From Octopus bimaculoides (Eukaryota), in NCBI RefSeq assembly GCF_001194135.2, contig NC_068996.1, positions 5,305,045 through 5,337,956 on the forward strand: 32,912 nt of DNA, written 5' to 3'. Below, piece by piece: positions 12,536 to 23,592 of the stretch (positions are counted from its first letter, which is position 1; the number at the start of each line of letters is the position of its first letter). Under the pieces are notes generated by a model. The model saw only the letters and a list, made by a program, of their open reading frames with translations. It had not been told where the DNA came from and did not search any database. The position numbers and the translations under genes are program-made.

Positions 12536-13054
12536 TAGTCAAGTTTTTGTTGTATCTACGCAATAGACGAGATGTATGTGAAACGTTCAAAGAACAAAAA
12601 TAAAAGAATACATAAAAGTAAAAAAAGATACTGAAAAAAAAATAATAAATCAGAAAAAAAAAATTCAAGTAAAGAAAAGAAACATAAAAACTACAACAAA
12701 CGCGGAAAAACAAAAAGATAAAAAAAAAACAGGCAGAAAAAGACACAGGTTGTCATAGTAAAAGCAGGAAATAATAATAATGTTGGCTGGAGCGTGATCA
12801 TGCATGTCAGAGCTTGCTGGGGACATTAATAGCTTCGCCAGTGGCAGCGATAAAGCATCGCTGAGCTTTATAACTCTTAAGATAACTAGAGTAAAAAAGT
12901 TATAAGCTGAGAAGGCGAGCTGACAGCCTATGATATCACTGAGATGATAAAGATATCTTCACGGGCGAAGATTTATGACGGTTCTGCTAGATTAGTAGAG
13001 ACCAAGGAGACACATGATGCAGAGCGAGATAAAAAGTTTATATATTTATGTAGA

Positions 13055-13118
<64 letters not shown>

Positions 13119-13180
13119 TAGATATATGTATATATATATATATATATATNNNNNNNNNNNNNNNNNNNNNNNNNNNNNNN

Positions 13181-13239
<59 letters not shown>

Positions 13240-13315
13240 ATATACATACATATATATATAAATTGCAGAATAGGCTTGTTGAAGTCGTTGTTATTTTCCT
13301 TATTGTTGCTGTAGA

Positions 13316-13346
<31 letters not shown>

Positions 13347-14472
13347 GATGTTTTGTTGCTGTTGGCAAAGACTTTTTTATTCGTTGGTTTCTTTATTATT
13401 TATATAATTTATTATTATTATTTGTTTACTTTTGATTCTTTTTGATGTTGTTATTGTTTTGTTTCTTTTGTGTCATTTTTTTTTTGTTTGTTTTTACTTC
13501 TATTTCCACTCATCCCGTCAGCACCAACATTGACTTTTAGATCTGAAAATGTCCAGTTACGCTACATGTTAGATTTTATGGAATGAAAATTAAATAGAAA
13601 TAAATTAATTAGTAAAATTAATAATAACGGTTGTTTCTTTGATTGGTCATTAGGGCTCAAGACATTGTGGACAATATAAAAGGGCGAAATTCATCACACA
13701 AAAGAGGATTCAAATCAATCACAGGCAAACGAACAAAAATATATTTAAAACGATATAACAAAGATATTAAAGTAACATTCAAACAAAAATTTCAATTAAA
13801 AAAATTCTCCAAAAATGGAACAGTCCATGCATGACAATTCAAAAGAAACGAGATGCAACAAAAAAAAATAACTCGAATTACTCTGCTATCTCCAAGATCT
13901 CAAAATTATCCTTTCTCAGGTTATTTCCTTCTTCTTAGAAAAGCATACTCAGGTGGGTCCCATACAGACGTTTAAATGAGGAGATAAATGTCGATGGCCT
14001 AGGATGGGATTAACTCTGGGCATCAACGAGAAGATAAACAGTCTCTTCCAGAGGACTTTCAACTCGTGGAATATGGATAAGTTCCAAAAGTCCTTGTCAA
14101 GACAGTTTTACAGGGATGTCATACTTGTTCAAGACAAGCCCTAGCAGAATGAATGTGCCAACAGCCGAATCTGTCCGAGTTAAGTGCAGATGATACGAAA
14201 CCGTTCTGCCCGTGTATTAGTTAATTGTGTCGAACAACTGCTACCTTGTGTAGGACGAAAACTACACGCCGAGTCTTTCGTGAAAATCGACACTTTACCT
14301 TCTTTTGGCAGAGAAGTGAGATAAATATTACTCTAGTTGGTAGCTATGGTGAAAGAGGTTGTGTCGTATGCTCGTCTAAAATATTTAGAAACAGACATTT
14401 TCCTATCTGTTTCATCTCTCATCAGCTTTCTCAAGTATCAATTGTAGAGGAGAGTGAGGGCAGATAGGGTGG

Positions 14473-14488
14473 TGCTGCCATCTAGTGT
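14473..14488 (-). promoter_or_regulatory. CTCF-like motif
   Basis: Reverse complement aCACTAGATGGCAGCA is close to the CTCF core CCAC(C/T)AG(A/G)(G/T)GGC(A/G). Confidence 0.35.
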
Positions 14489-14519
14489 GTTTACTGAAAG
14501 GTAAACGAGAGTAGCAAGA

Positions 14520-14800
14520 TGACCTTGTTCAGGCATCATAGTGCCGTGAGTACTGGGAACATTCTAGATGCCAAATGTTTAACATCGTTCTGCACTTTGA
14601 TTTACTACTGCGGATCCATCGAGGAGACGAGCTGTGGGAGGCGTCGCAAGAAAAACAGCCACGATTGTTCACCCTTGTTTTCCTCAGCGTTGTCAATATA
14701 ACTGTAATCTAGATATTTCTGCTCGTGCGTCAACTTCATAGCGTACCGATGCATCAGCAAGGGTGGCGTCCCAAAACCAACATGGAGCGGATGTTTGCAG
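14520..14800 (-). mobile_element. Possible degraded CRE-like non-LTR endonuclease C-terminus
   Basis: TIPLQTSAPCWFWDATLADASVRY and, in another frame, QKYLDYSYIDNAEENKGEQSWLFFLRRLPQLVSSMDPQ resemble IPW..GKCLVWDAT..DT and KY...Y.F.P.A.ET.G.WG..A..FL..LGRRL....GDPR of CRE-type REL domains. Judged by eye only. Confidence 0.4.
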
Positions 14801-14907
14801 TGGTATCGTTTAAAGAGAGTAGTAAAAAATCGACAACAGTATCAGGCACAACAGCGATAATATAATAACGATTGATTCTAGGTACAATACCTCAGATTTT
14901 AGGATAG

Positions 14908-15030
14908 GGGACTAGTCGATACCAGATTAATATTTTATTTTATTGGCCTGGAAGGATAAAAAGCATAATTGACTTTGGCGGGAAATTAACTCAGAATATA
15001 AACTGTCGGAATATGGTAAAGCATTTCCAG
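14908..15030 (-). mobile_element. SINE type A fragment, degraded
   Basis: Reverse complement contains ttctgagttaatttcccgccaaagtcaa...ttttatccttcc...tcgactagtccc. Confidence 0.5.
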
Positions 15031-15533
15031 AAAAATACGTCATCAAAAGGTTACATCACACAGGGTTTTACAAAGAAGTGTGAAATAGGATGGAGAAGAT
15101 GACAGAGGCGAGAAAGATGTTATACAATATATAACTGAGTTAATTAGAAATTTATAAGACACAAAATTTTACACCGAAATAAATAAAATGACAAAACAAT
15201 AATTAATACAAAACATTTATACAAAATTTAAATCTCCACTTGCGTTCATCAGGACATCCCACTTCTCTGATAAAACCTGCCTGAAGTGTGCTTTGTTATG
15301 AAATTGGTAAGGGTTGGGGATTCTAAAATTATTCGTCTGAAGTCCTTGTGTTATTTCAGGCAATTAAAGCACCATGTCTACTGAAATACAACTTTTTAAA
15401 GTCTCTCTCTGAAATTCAAGCTTTTATTCTTCTGTTTCTGTGCTGTTTAAATTATGAAACTATACTCTTCTCAATATGTACATCGCTTTGATATTCCTTA
15501 TATGTATTGCGTAAGTGCTTTATTAAAACATTG

Positions 15534-16357
15534 GGATCTATTTTAAAACGGGGGCCACAGTTTTCATTAATGTTTTACGTAGTGTTTTTGGTACCGAAAG
15601 ACTTTCAAACTTCGTATACTTATCTATTTTGTGTTATAGAACAGAAAAATATTTTTGTATTCGAATTTATTTCATGTAAAAAATTGTCTTATTTCGATAA
15701 TTTCAACCAATCACTGACAAGTATTCAGTTGTTTACATTTACTCCTTTGGCTGATTAAGCGGTGTAAAGCGTATTTAATCTCCATAACTTCTGACAGTGT
15801 TCGTTTTCCTTCGTTAAATTTGCTTTTTTTCATTTTAAATTTGCTTTTTTNNNNNNNNNNNNNNNNNNNNNNNNNNNNNNNNNNNNNNNNNNNNNNNNNN
15901 NNNNNNNNNNNNNNNNNNNNNNNNNNNNNNNNNNNNNNNNNNNNNNNNNNNNNNNNNNNNNNNNNNNNNNNNNNNNNNNNNNNNNNNNNNNNNNNNNNNN
16001 NNNNNNNNNNNTAGGGTTAGGGTTAGGGTTAGCCTATAATAGAAAGGTTTATTAGCTACTGCCAATATGCTTCAGCCATTTTTTGACAAGGAAATAATAA
16101 TTTTATCACCGATAGAATTGTTTCAGAATCGTTTGTTTATGTAGTCGGCACTTAATGTATATCGGCTGAATGGACGTCAGTGATTGGTTGAAATTACAGA
16201 AATACGACAACTTTAACATGGAATAACTTAGGGATTTCTTTTTTTTTTTAAGAAGACTAAGAGAAAAAGATGTTTTATATGACACATTCTACCAGTGTTC
16301 CAAGTTTCAAAGTGTTTCGTTAAGAAAATACTGTGGCCCCCGTTTTAAAAAAGATCC
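15534..16357. mobile_element. Non-autonomous TIR DNA transposon (MITE-like; Merlin- or MULE-type ends) with 8-bp TSD
   Basis: TIR ggatct(a/t)ttttaaaacgggggccacagt at both ends. TSD aaacattg at 15526-15533 and 16358-16365. Second inverted block aatttcaaccaatcactgac at 15699-15718 and 16176-16195. Confidence 0.8.
16012..16032 (+). repeat. (TTAGGG)n telomere-type repeat, abutting an N gap, inside the TIR element
   Basis: tagggttagggttagggttag; the true length is hidden by the gap at 15851-16011. Confidence 0.8.
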
Positions 16358-16691
16358 AAACATTGTTTTATTTGCAAACAGTTGAGAATTTCATTTCATC
16401 GAAGTCAGAGGCTAGTTGCACATTGCAAGTCGTTGCTTATGGATTCTTACTCAGCAGGAGAGTCTCTGATGTCTTTACTTCACATCGTATTTAAAAATAA
16501 ATTTTTCTGCTTTCCATTTTTTTCCTCGGGTCTTTTCTGCATTATTTTTATGAAAACTCCTTTTCCTACATGGATCACTGTTTGGTTCTTATCCATGTAA
16601 GTGGATAGATTGATAGATCCCCGAGAAGGTAATCACTGATCGTTTCGTAATAGTTGTTATTACTCTTGTTAACTCTCTGTGCCTTCACTGG

Positions 16692-16770
16692 TATGTATGT
16701 ATGTATGTATGTATGTATGTATGTATGTATGTATGTATGTATGTATGTATGTATGTATGTATGTATGTAT
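16692..16770. repeat. (TATG)n tetranucleotide
   Basis: Direct reading. Also (ACAT)n at 11520-11550. Confidence 0.95.
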
Positions 16771-16984
16771 GTTGTGGTTGTGGTTGCTGTTGCTGCTGTT
16801 GACGATAGCAATGCTGAAATGACTGTTTTCTCCCATTCAGTATAGGTTATTAGTATTTTGACTTACAATTAAAATAGCGTTCTCCTTTTTCTTTTTCTTT
16901 TTTCTTTTTTTCTGGGTGAGAAGTGTCATTTTATACATTTTAGCTTTCGTTTATTGAAATAAGGGCCGAGACATTCTGTGTATT

Positions 16985-17769
16985 NNNNNNNNNNNNNNNN
17001 NNNNNNNNNNNNNNNNNNNNNNNNNNNNNNNNNNNNNNNNNNNNNNNNNNNNNNNNNNNNNNNNNNNNNNNNNNNNNNNNNNNNNNNNNNNNNNNNNNNN
17101 NNNNNNNNNNNNNNNNNNNNNNNNNNNNNNNNNNNNNNNNNNNNNNNNNNNNNNNNNNNNNNNNNNNNNNNNNNNNNNNNNNNNNNNNNNNNNNNNNNNN
17201 NNNNNNNNNNNNNNNNNNNNNNNNNNNNNNNNNNNNNNNNNNNNNNNNNNNNNNNNNNNNNNNNNNNNNNNNNNNNNNNNNNNNNNNNNNNNNNNNNNNN
17301 NNNNNNNNNNNNNNNNNNNNNNNNNNNNNNNNNNNNNNNNNNNNNNNNNNNNNNNNNNNNNNNNNNNNNNNNNNNNNNNNNNNNNNNNNNNNNNNNNNNN
17401 NNNNNNNNNNNNNNNNNNNNNNNNNNNNNNNNNNNNNNNNNNNNNNNNNNNNNNNNNNNNNNNNNNNNNNNNNNNNNNNNNNNNNNNNNNNNNNNNNNNN
17501 NNNNNNNNNNNNNNNNNNNNNNNNNNNNNNNNNNNNNNNNNNNNNNNNNNNNNNNNNNNNNNNNNNNNNNNNNNNNNNNNNNNNNNNNNNNNNNNNNNNN
17601 NNNNNNNNNNNNNNNNNNNNNNNNNNNNNNNNNNNNNNNNNNNNNNNNNNNNNNNNNNNNNNNNNNNNNNNNNNNNNNNNNNNNNNNNNNNNNNNNNNNN
17701 NNNNNNNNNNNNNNNNNNNNNNNNNNNNNNNNNNNNNNNNNNNNNNNNNNNNNNNNNNNNNNNNNNNNN
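16985..17769. other. Largest assembly gap (785 N)
   Basis: Other gaps: 895-1471, 5648-5673, 11035-11044, 11179-11278, 13150-13180, 15851-16011, 18560-18569, 20197-20490, 20990-20999. Confidence 1.
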
Positions 17770-17878
17770 GAAGAAGAAGAAGAAGAAGAAGAAGAAGAAG
17801 AAGAAGAAGAAGAAGAAGAAGAAGAAGAAGAAGAAGAAGAAGAAGAAGAAGAAGAAGAAGAAGAAGAAGAAGAAGAAG
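17770..17878. repeat. (GAA)n
   Basis: Direct reading. Also at 25330-25447 and 20625-20673. Confidence 0.95.
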
Positions 17879-18128
17879 ACAGCAACAGCAACAACAGCAA
17901 CAGTAGCAACAGCAACAAGAATGGCGGCGGAGATGACCATGACCATGACGAGGTAGAGAAGGAGGTAGAGAAGTAGGATGGAGCAGTAAGAGGAGGAGCA
18001 GAGAAGGACGATGACGTGAAGGACGGGGTCGTGGAGAAAATTATCGAAGAAATCGGTTAAATTATATAATGTAGAAAGATAACCAACTCTCAGTTCAACA
18101 AAACTGAATGCCTAATTAAAGTCTATTT

Positions 18129-18162
<34 letters not shown>

Positions 18163-18440
18163 CTGTGTGTGTATGTGTGTGTGTGTCTGTGTCTGTGTGT
18201 GTGTAATATATGTAGTATGTGCGTAGGGTATGTGGTGTGTATATGAGGCAGTGCGTGTCTTTCCGCGCGTGTTTCTGTGATTATATGAGAGTTCTGGAGA
18301 CACGTAGCTATATAATCATAAAGAAGGAAAGATAGAAAGAGAGAGACTGATGAAACAACGAAATGTACTTTAATCAAAAATGGATTGAGGAATATGCAGA
18401 GGTGAGAAAGATAGCAGGGAATTGACTGCAACAAGGGACA

Positions 18441-18441
18441 A

Positions 18442-18527
<86 letters not shown>
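18441..18527. repeat. (GATA)n
   Basis: Direct reading. Confidence 0.95.
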
Positions 18528-18528
<1 letters not shown>

Positions 18529-18569
18529 TGTATACATAATGCATATATATATATATATANNNNNNNNNN

Positions 18570-18720
18570 CGTCCGTCTGTCCATGACCTTTTTACGGCCA
18601 AACGACTGGTCACCCTTGCACGAAACTTGGTAGTCTTACTAAGGACGTCTCGAGAATGGTTTATATCATGTTTAAAATATTTTATTGGAAAGACTTTCTA
18701 CACTGATTCGATTCGTACGA
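18570..18720 (+). mobile_element. Probable Helitron-family 5' subterminal sequence upstream of the helicase remnant
   Basis: (TA)n followed by cgtccgtctgtcc...acggccaaacg...cacgaaacttgg resembles the 5' region of animal non-autonomous Helitrons. The terminus is obscured by N. Confidence 0.4.
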
Positions 18721-19149
18721 AACTAAGGAAGCCATTTCCGTAAAAGATTTCTTTTATTTATTTATTTATTTCCTTTCTCTGTGTGTGACAGCAAAGGGAC
18801 ACCTTTCGACAGGATGTGTGTTGATGGGGTGTGCGACACAGAAAATGTGTGACACAGAGAGACTGACAGACATACAGACAAACATACAGAGAAAGAGATG
18901 GAAAGAAAACACAGACAGACAGAAAGAGAGAAAAGACAGTGTGTGGGTGCGTGCGCTTCTTTTAACCCCATCAACACACTTCCTCTGCAACGATTTGGTA
19001 CAGCACCCAGGTCAAAAAAATAAATGAATAAAAAATAGAGACAGACACAGAATTACAGACAAGGAGAAACAAACACAGAAACACACACAAGAGAGACAGA
19101 GAGTGTGTGTGTGTGTCGGTGTGTGTGTGTGTCCGTTTATTTTCACCCA

Positions 19150-19825
19150 TCTTGTACAGCGATGATTCTTGTTCAACGATTACAATTTGCGACGCAATTG
19201 AAGCTATGTCTCAATATGAGAGTACGAAATTCTCCTGATGCAACTTTCGCGACCTATCTAAGCGACATCGGATCTGGAAACTGTTCGTATATTGGACCTC
19301 TGACAAACACCAGTCAAATTCGGCTGGAATTGGTACTGGAAACTTCATCCATTTCCGGAATATGCACATTCCTTTTTGAGGCTTGAACTGAACAGTACAA
19401 GGACGCATCATGGTTGTGTTCACGAGCTGTTATAGCTTCTACCAATGAAGTGGTCAATAATGTTAATGACCACAAGATTAACAACTTTCCAAGAGAAAGT
19501 CGACAATATCTAAGTTCGGAAACTATAGTCGATGGAAATTATCACCAATATCCACAGGATTTCTTTAACAACTTGAATCCATCGGGACTACCTATCAACA
19601 GGATCTCACTTAAAAAGTAGTCCTATAATGCACCTAGGAAATTTTGACCCTGCCAATGGACATTGCAACGGAACAGGATACACCCTCACGCAACTCAATT
19701 CTCACGTCGAGGCCGTGATAGCGAATGGCCCTCACAGTGGTAAGCGCTTGTTCATACCTCGGATACCACTGATACCCTCCGACAACCAGTTTCCCTTCCA
19801 ATCACGAATGCCTATTAAATATTTT
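19150..19825 (+). mobile_element. Helitron RepHel remnant: Pif1-like helicase C-terminal half, frameshifted
   Basis: LKLCLNMRVRNSPDATFATYLSDIGSG; SRAVIASTNEVVNNVN...YPQDFFNNLNPSGLPINRISLKK; PIMHLGNFDPANGHCNGT...VEAVIANGPHSGKRLFIPRIPLIPSDNQFPF. These match the Helitron motifs L..NMR, RAILAPTN, YP.EFLNSL.PSGLP, PIMLLRNLDP..GLCNGT and VFIPRI.L.PSD..PF. Confidence 0.9.
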
Positions 19826-19964
19826 CCTGTATATGTGAGTTGCTGGAAAATATTTTTCTAGGAGAGACAGAAAGTTTTATCTACATTAGTTTTTTTATAT
19901 AAAGGGAAAAGGAAGGGTCGAACCAAATAATTTTCTTTGGCCTGTTTTTAGGTCTGTTTTAGAC

Positions 19965-20010
<46 letters not shown>

Positions 20011-20673
20011 CAGAATAAGTGATGATAGGAAAAACAATGGTTATGTTATAACTTCGTTAGCTTACAGCTGTTTCTACTATCCATAAGATGCAGTGGACTC
20101 TTAGTTCCGTGCCTGAATAACATATAGCTTCATCGGAGCATTGAATATGAAGTGCAGTTTATTTGGGAAAATATACATATATATGTATTATATATANNNN
20201 NNNNNNNNNNNNNNNNNNNNNNNNNNNNNNNNNNNNNNNNNNNNNNNNNNNNNNNNNNNNNNNNNNNNNNNNNNNNNNNNNNNNNNNNNNNNNNNNNNNN
20301 NNNNNNNNNNNNNNNNNNNNNNNNNNNNNNNNNNNNNNNNNNNNNNNNNNNNNNNNNNNNNNNNNNNNNNNNNNNNNNNNNNNNNNNNNNNNNNNNNNNN
20401 NNNNNNNNNNNNNNNNNNNNNNNNNNNNNNNNNNNNNNNNNNNNNNNNNNNNNNNNNNNNNNNNNNNNNNNNNNNNNNNNNNNNNNNNNNAAAGATAAAT
20501 TAATATATGATACCTCAAATATTAATCAGAATAATAATAATAGATCTAATGGCATAAAAAATAAAGTAATACATAATCTCTCTAATATTAATAAGAACAA
20601 TATGAAAAGACTTAAAAACAGGCCAAAGAAGAAGAAGAAGAAGAAGAAGAAGAAGAAGAAGAAGAAGAAGAAG

Positions 20674-20714
<41 letters not shown>

Positions 20715-20847
20715 GATGATGATGATGATGATGAATTTAGAAGTTTGTCGGTTTCACTACTAAATAGAAAGAAAATGAAAAAGATTTGGTGAATTTTCAT
20801 GATGTTTGTCATCATAAACCATTATAACGAATCTTTTATGAGACAGT

Positions 20848-20927
20848 TGCGGCAGCAGCGGCAGCAGCGGCAGCAGCGGCAGCAGCGGCAGCAGCGGCAG
20901 CAGCGGCAGCAGCAGCAGCAGCAGCAT

Positions 20928-20971
<44 letters not shown>

Positions 20972-20999
20972 AAAACAAAAGCAATAACANNNNNNNNNN

Positions 21000-21058
<59 letters not shown>

Positions 21059-21140
21059 CAACAACAGCATCAAGAACAACAACAGCATCAAGAACAACAA
21101 CAGCATCAAGAACAACAACAGCATCAAGAACAACAACAAC
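20848..21140. repeat. 9-bp (GCGGCAGCA)n, (GTA)n, (AAT)n and 18-bp (AACAACAACAGCATCAAG)n higher-order repeats
   Basis: Direct reading. Confidence 0.9.
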
Positions 21141-21225
21141 GAGATGATTTCTTTATATGTGCTTAAAACGTGTAGGATGCAGAGCGGAGTAATCGAATGT
21201 TACATCTAATAGGTCTTGTCTGCAG

Positions 21226-21382
21226 AAAAGTAAAACGAAAAGGAGATGGAAGTTGACAGATGAGCATATTTGGACTGCCGAAGGACTGGTCCGGAATAAT
21301 GGCTGTCGCCTGATGAGAAGAAACATTAATAGTTGCCGATATAGCATTAAAATGGACGCAAGTGGCGATGTTGTTGAAAGAG
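21226..21382 (+). CDS. Candidate internal coding exon of an unidentified gene (KSKTKRRWKLTDEHIWTAEGLVRNNGCRLMRRNINSCRYSIKMDASGDVVER)
   Basis: tcttgtctgcag| acceptor and AG|gtatgc donor enclose 157 nt with only one open frame. No homology recognised. Confidence 0.35.
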
Positions 21383-22354
21383 GTATGCTGGATATCTCTC
21401 TACAATGTCAAGAACAAAAATAAAATGAAAAAAAATCTCTATCAAAATAAAATATATGGTGTATATACGAAAGTTATAAAACATCTCTGTGACCAGAGAA
21501 AAAAAAATAACCATTAAGGTTGGTAACAAAGTCCCAATATTGGTGTGTTAATCATTTATATCGATTTTATACCACAGAGTATGGTTATCATGTCGGCCTA
21601 TATTTAGCTTAGCACTTCATTAATGTGAAATGAGATTGTTATTGTTGTTCTTGTTGTCATTGATGTTGTTGTTTAACTAACGGTCAGCTCTGATAGACAA
21701 GACCTACAATCAAAGGTGATACACCTACGACCATCTGTCTTTTTTTTTTTCTCAGGCATAATTTACCTAAATGTTGCTGTTATTTTTCCACTGATGTGTT
21801 TTATTTTTGTTTTTATATTGTTTTTTTTATCGAGCCAAGCCACACTACCATCAAAGGTGATCCAGTTACGAGCAACTCATATTTCATCTCTGTTATTTAT
21901 TTTTTTGTTTGTTTTATCATTATTATTCAATTATAATGTACGTAGTACTACATTGTTCAATATATCCTCCCCATTTTTGAGACAGTAAAGCAACGATCTG
22001 AAACGTATAGGTGGAGCCACAAATTTTTATAATTTAAGTTTTCAAAGCGTCATGAAAAACGTGTTGTTCATAATTTGATTATAAGCTACAGTCTTCAAGT
22101 CTGATTAATAAATACAGTGAAAAGTTTTCTACATAAACAACGCTCACCTGAGATATTTTCATTTAGGTATTATTATTGATATTCATAATCTCTTAAGGAG
22201 TTTTTATTTACTGATTGCATGGATAATCTCAGTTAATCAAAGTTTGTCAACTCATTACATTGCATTTGTGAAAGTTTTATTCTTGCTGCGAAAACATTAG
22301 TACGGGTATCGACCACCTTCTCACCTTCGAAGCTGTTACACCTGTACCTAAATA

Positions 22355-22739
22355 CCGTTGACACTCCGTCGCTTACGACGACGAGGGTTCCAGTTGATCC
22401 GATCAATGGAACAACCTGCTTGTGAAATTAATGTGCAAGTGGCTGAGCACTCCACAGACACATGTACCCTTAACGTAGTTCTTCGGGGGATATTCAGCAT
22501 GACACAGTGTGACAAGGCTGGCCCCTTTGAATTACAGGCACAACAGAAACAGGGAGAAAGAGTGAGAGAAAGTTGTGGTGAAAGAGTACAGCAGGGTTCA
22601 CCACCATCCCCTGCCGGAGCCTCGTGGAGCTTTAGGTGTTTTCGCCCAATAAACACTCACAACGCCCGGTCTGGGAATCGAAACCGCGATCCTATGACCG
22701 CGAATCCACTGCCCTAATCATTGGGCTATTGCGCCTCCA
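22355..22739 (-). mobile_element. tRNA-derived SINE type C, full length, 13-bp TSD
   Basis: tRNA-like head tggaggcgcaatagcccaatgattagggcagtgg...ggtttcgattccc with A- and B-box-like motifs. TSD ctgtacctaaata at 22342-22354 and 22740-22752. Confidence 0.85.
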
Positions 22740-22769
22740 CTGTACCTAAATATGAAACTATTAAAAGGT

Positions 22770-22965
22770 AACGACCAGGTAGAATTGCTAGAGTATCAGG
22801 AAAAAAATACCCTGTAGTATTTCTCCTGATTCTTTACGTTCTGAGTTCCAATCTCATCCAAGACGATTTTTCTTTTGATGAAATAAAGTACCGCTGAAGT
22901 AGTGAGATTGATGGTGTCGACAATCACCCTCCCCTCAAAATTGCTGGCTCAGTGGCTGAATCAGA
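22770..22965 (+). mobile_element. SINE type A, old and degraded
   Basis: ctttacgttctgagttccaatc...aaataaagtacc...gtcgac...cctcccctcaaaattgctgg. Confidence 0.5.
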
Positions 22966-23357
22966 AATTTAATTTTTAACTCTTGGTCAGTGTCGGCGGA
23001 GCAGACCGATGATCAAAAGCGTAACCACCATGATCAGCTCCTGTCATTCATTGCGTTTCAAGAACCACATTATTCCAATGGGATTCCTCTTCAAGACAGA
23101 GGGTGTATTTTGAAGGCGATGGATTGGATTCCATTTCCAGAAATTCAGACGATTATCTAGAAACTCGGGTGCCGTTAGCTGCATTGTTCCGTTACTAATC
23201 TACCAGATGTCATTTGTTACCCTTTTTTTTTCTGAAATTGTTTTTCAGTGCTTATTTCTGTCGTGGTTGTTAGTATTATTTTACTTAGAATGTCCATTTA
23301 GACGTAAGGTTTTGTGCACTGCTGAATGGAAGTCTCATAATACTGTCATCTTATTAT

Positions 23358-23592
23358 GAAGGCAGCGAGCTGGCAGAAACGTTAACTCACCGGGCGAAAT
23401 GCTTAGCAGTATTTCTTCTGCCGCTACGTTCTGAGTTCAAATTCCGCCGAGGTTGACTTTGCCTTTCATCCTTCCGGGGTCGATTAAATAAGTACCAGTT
23501 ACGCACTGGGGTCGATATAATCGACTTAATCCGTTTGTCTGTCCTTGTTTGTCCCCTCTGTGTGTAGCCCCTTGTAGGCAGTAAAGAAATTA
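23358..23592 (+). mobile_element. SINE type A, full length, alternative 3' tail, 19-bp TSD
   Basis: gaaggcagcgagctggcagaa...gagttcaaattccgccgagg (B-box-like)...gcctttcatccttccggggtcgattaaataagtaccag. TSD aatactgtcatcttattat at 23339-23357 and 23593-23611. Confidence 0.9.

Noticed and set aside
12033-12603. Poly-Gly/Thr/Pro/Val ORFs open in many frames
   Set aside because: A stop-free compound SSR, not evidence of coding.
12940-13020. SECIS or hammerhead ribozyme
   Set aside because: The ATGA motifs lack the paired GA quartet and apical AA, and there is no CTGATGA/GAAA core on either strand.
13900-14210. Possible Gypsy integrase-like remnant (GLLELIHIP...)
   Set aside because: The similarity is too weak to support by eye.
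16012-16032. True chromosome end
   Set aside because: It lies inside a TSD-bounded TIR element with sequence on both sides.
22660-22739. tRNA genes (also 29235-29305 and 26340-26418)
   Set aside because: These are tRNA-derived SINE heads followed by SINE bodies; no full cloverleaf.
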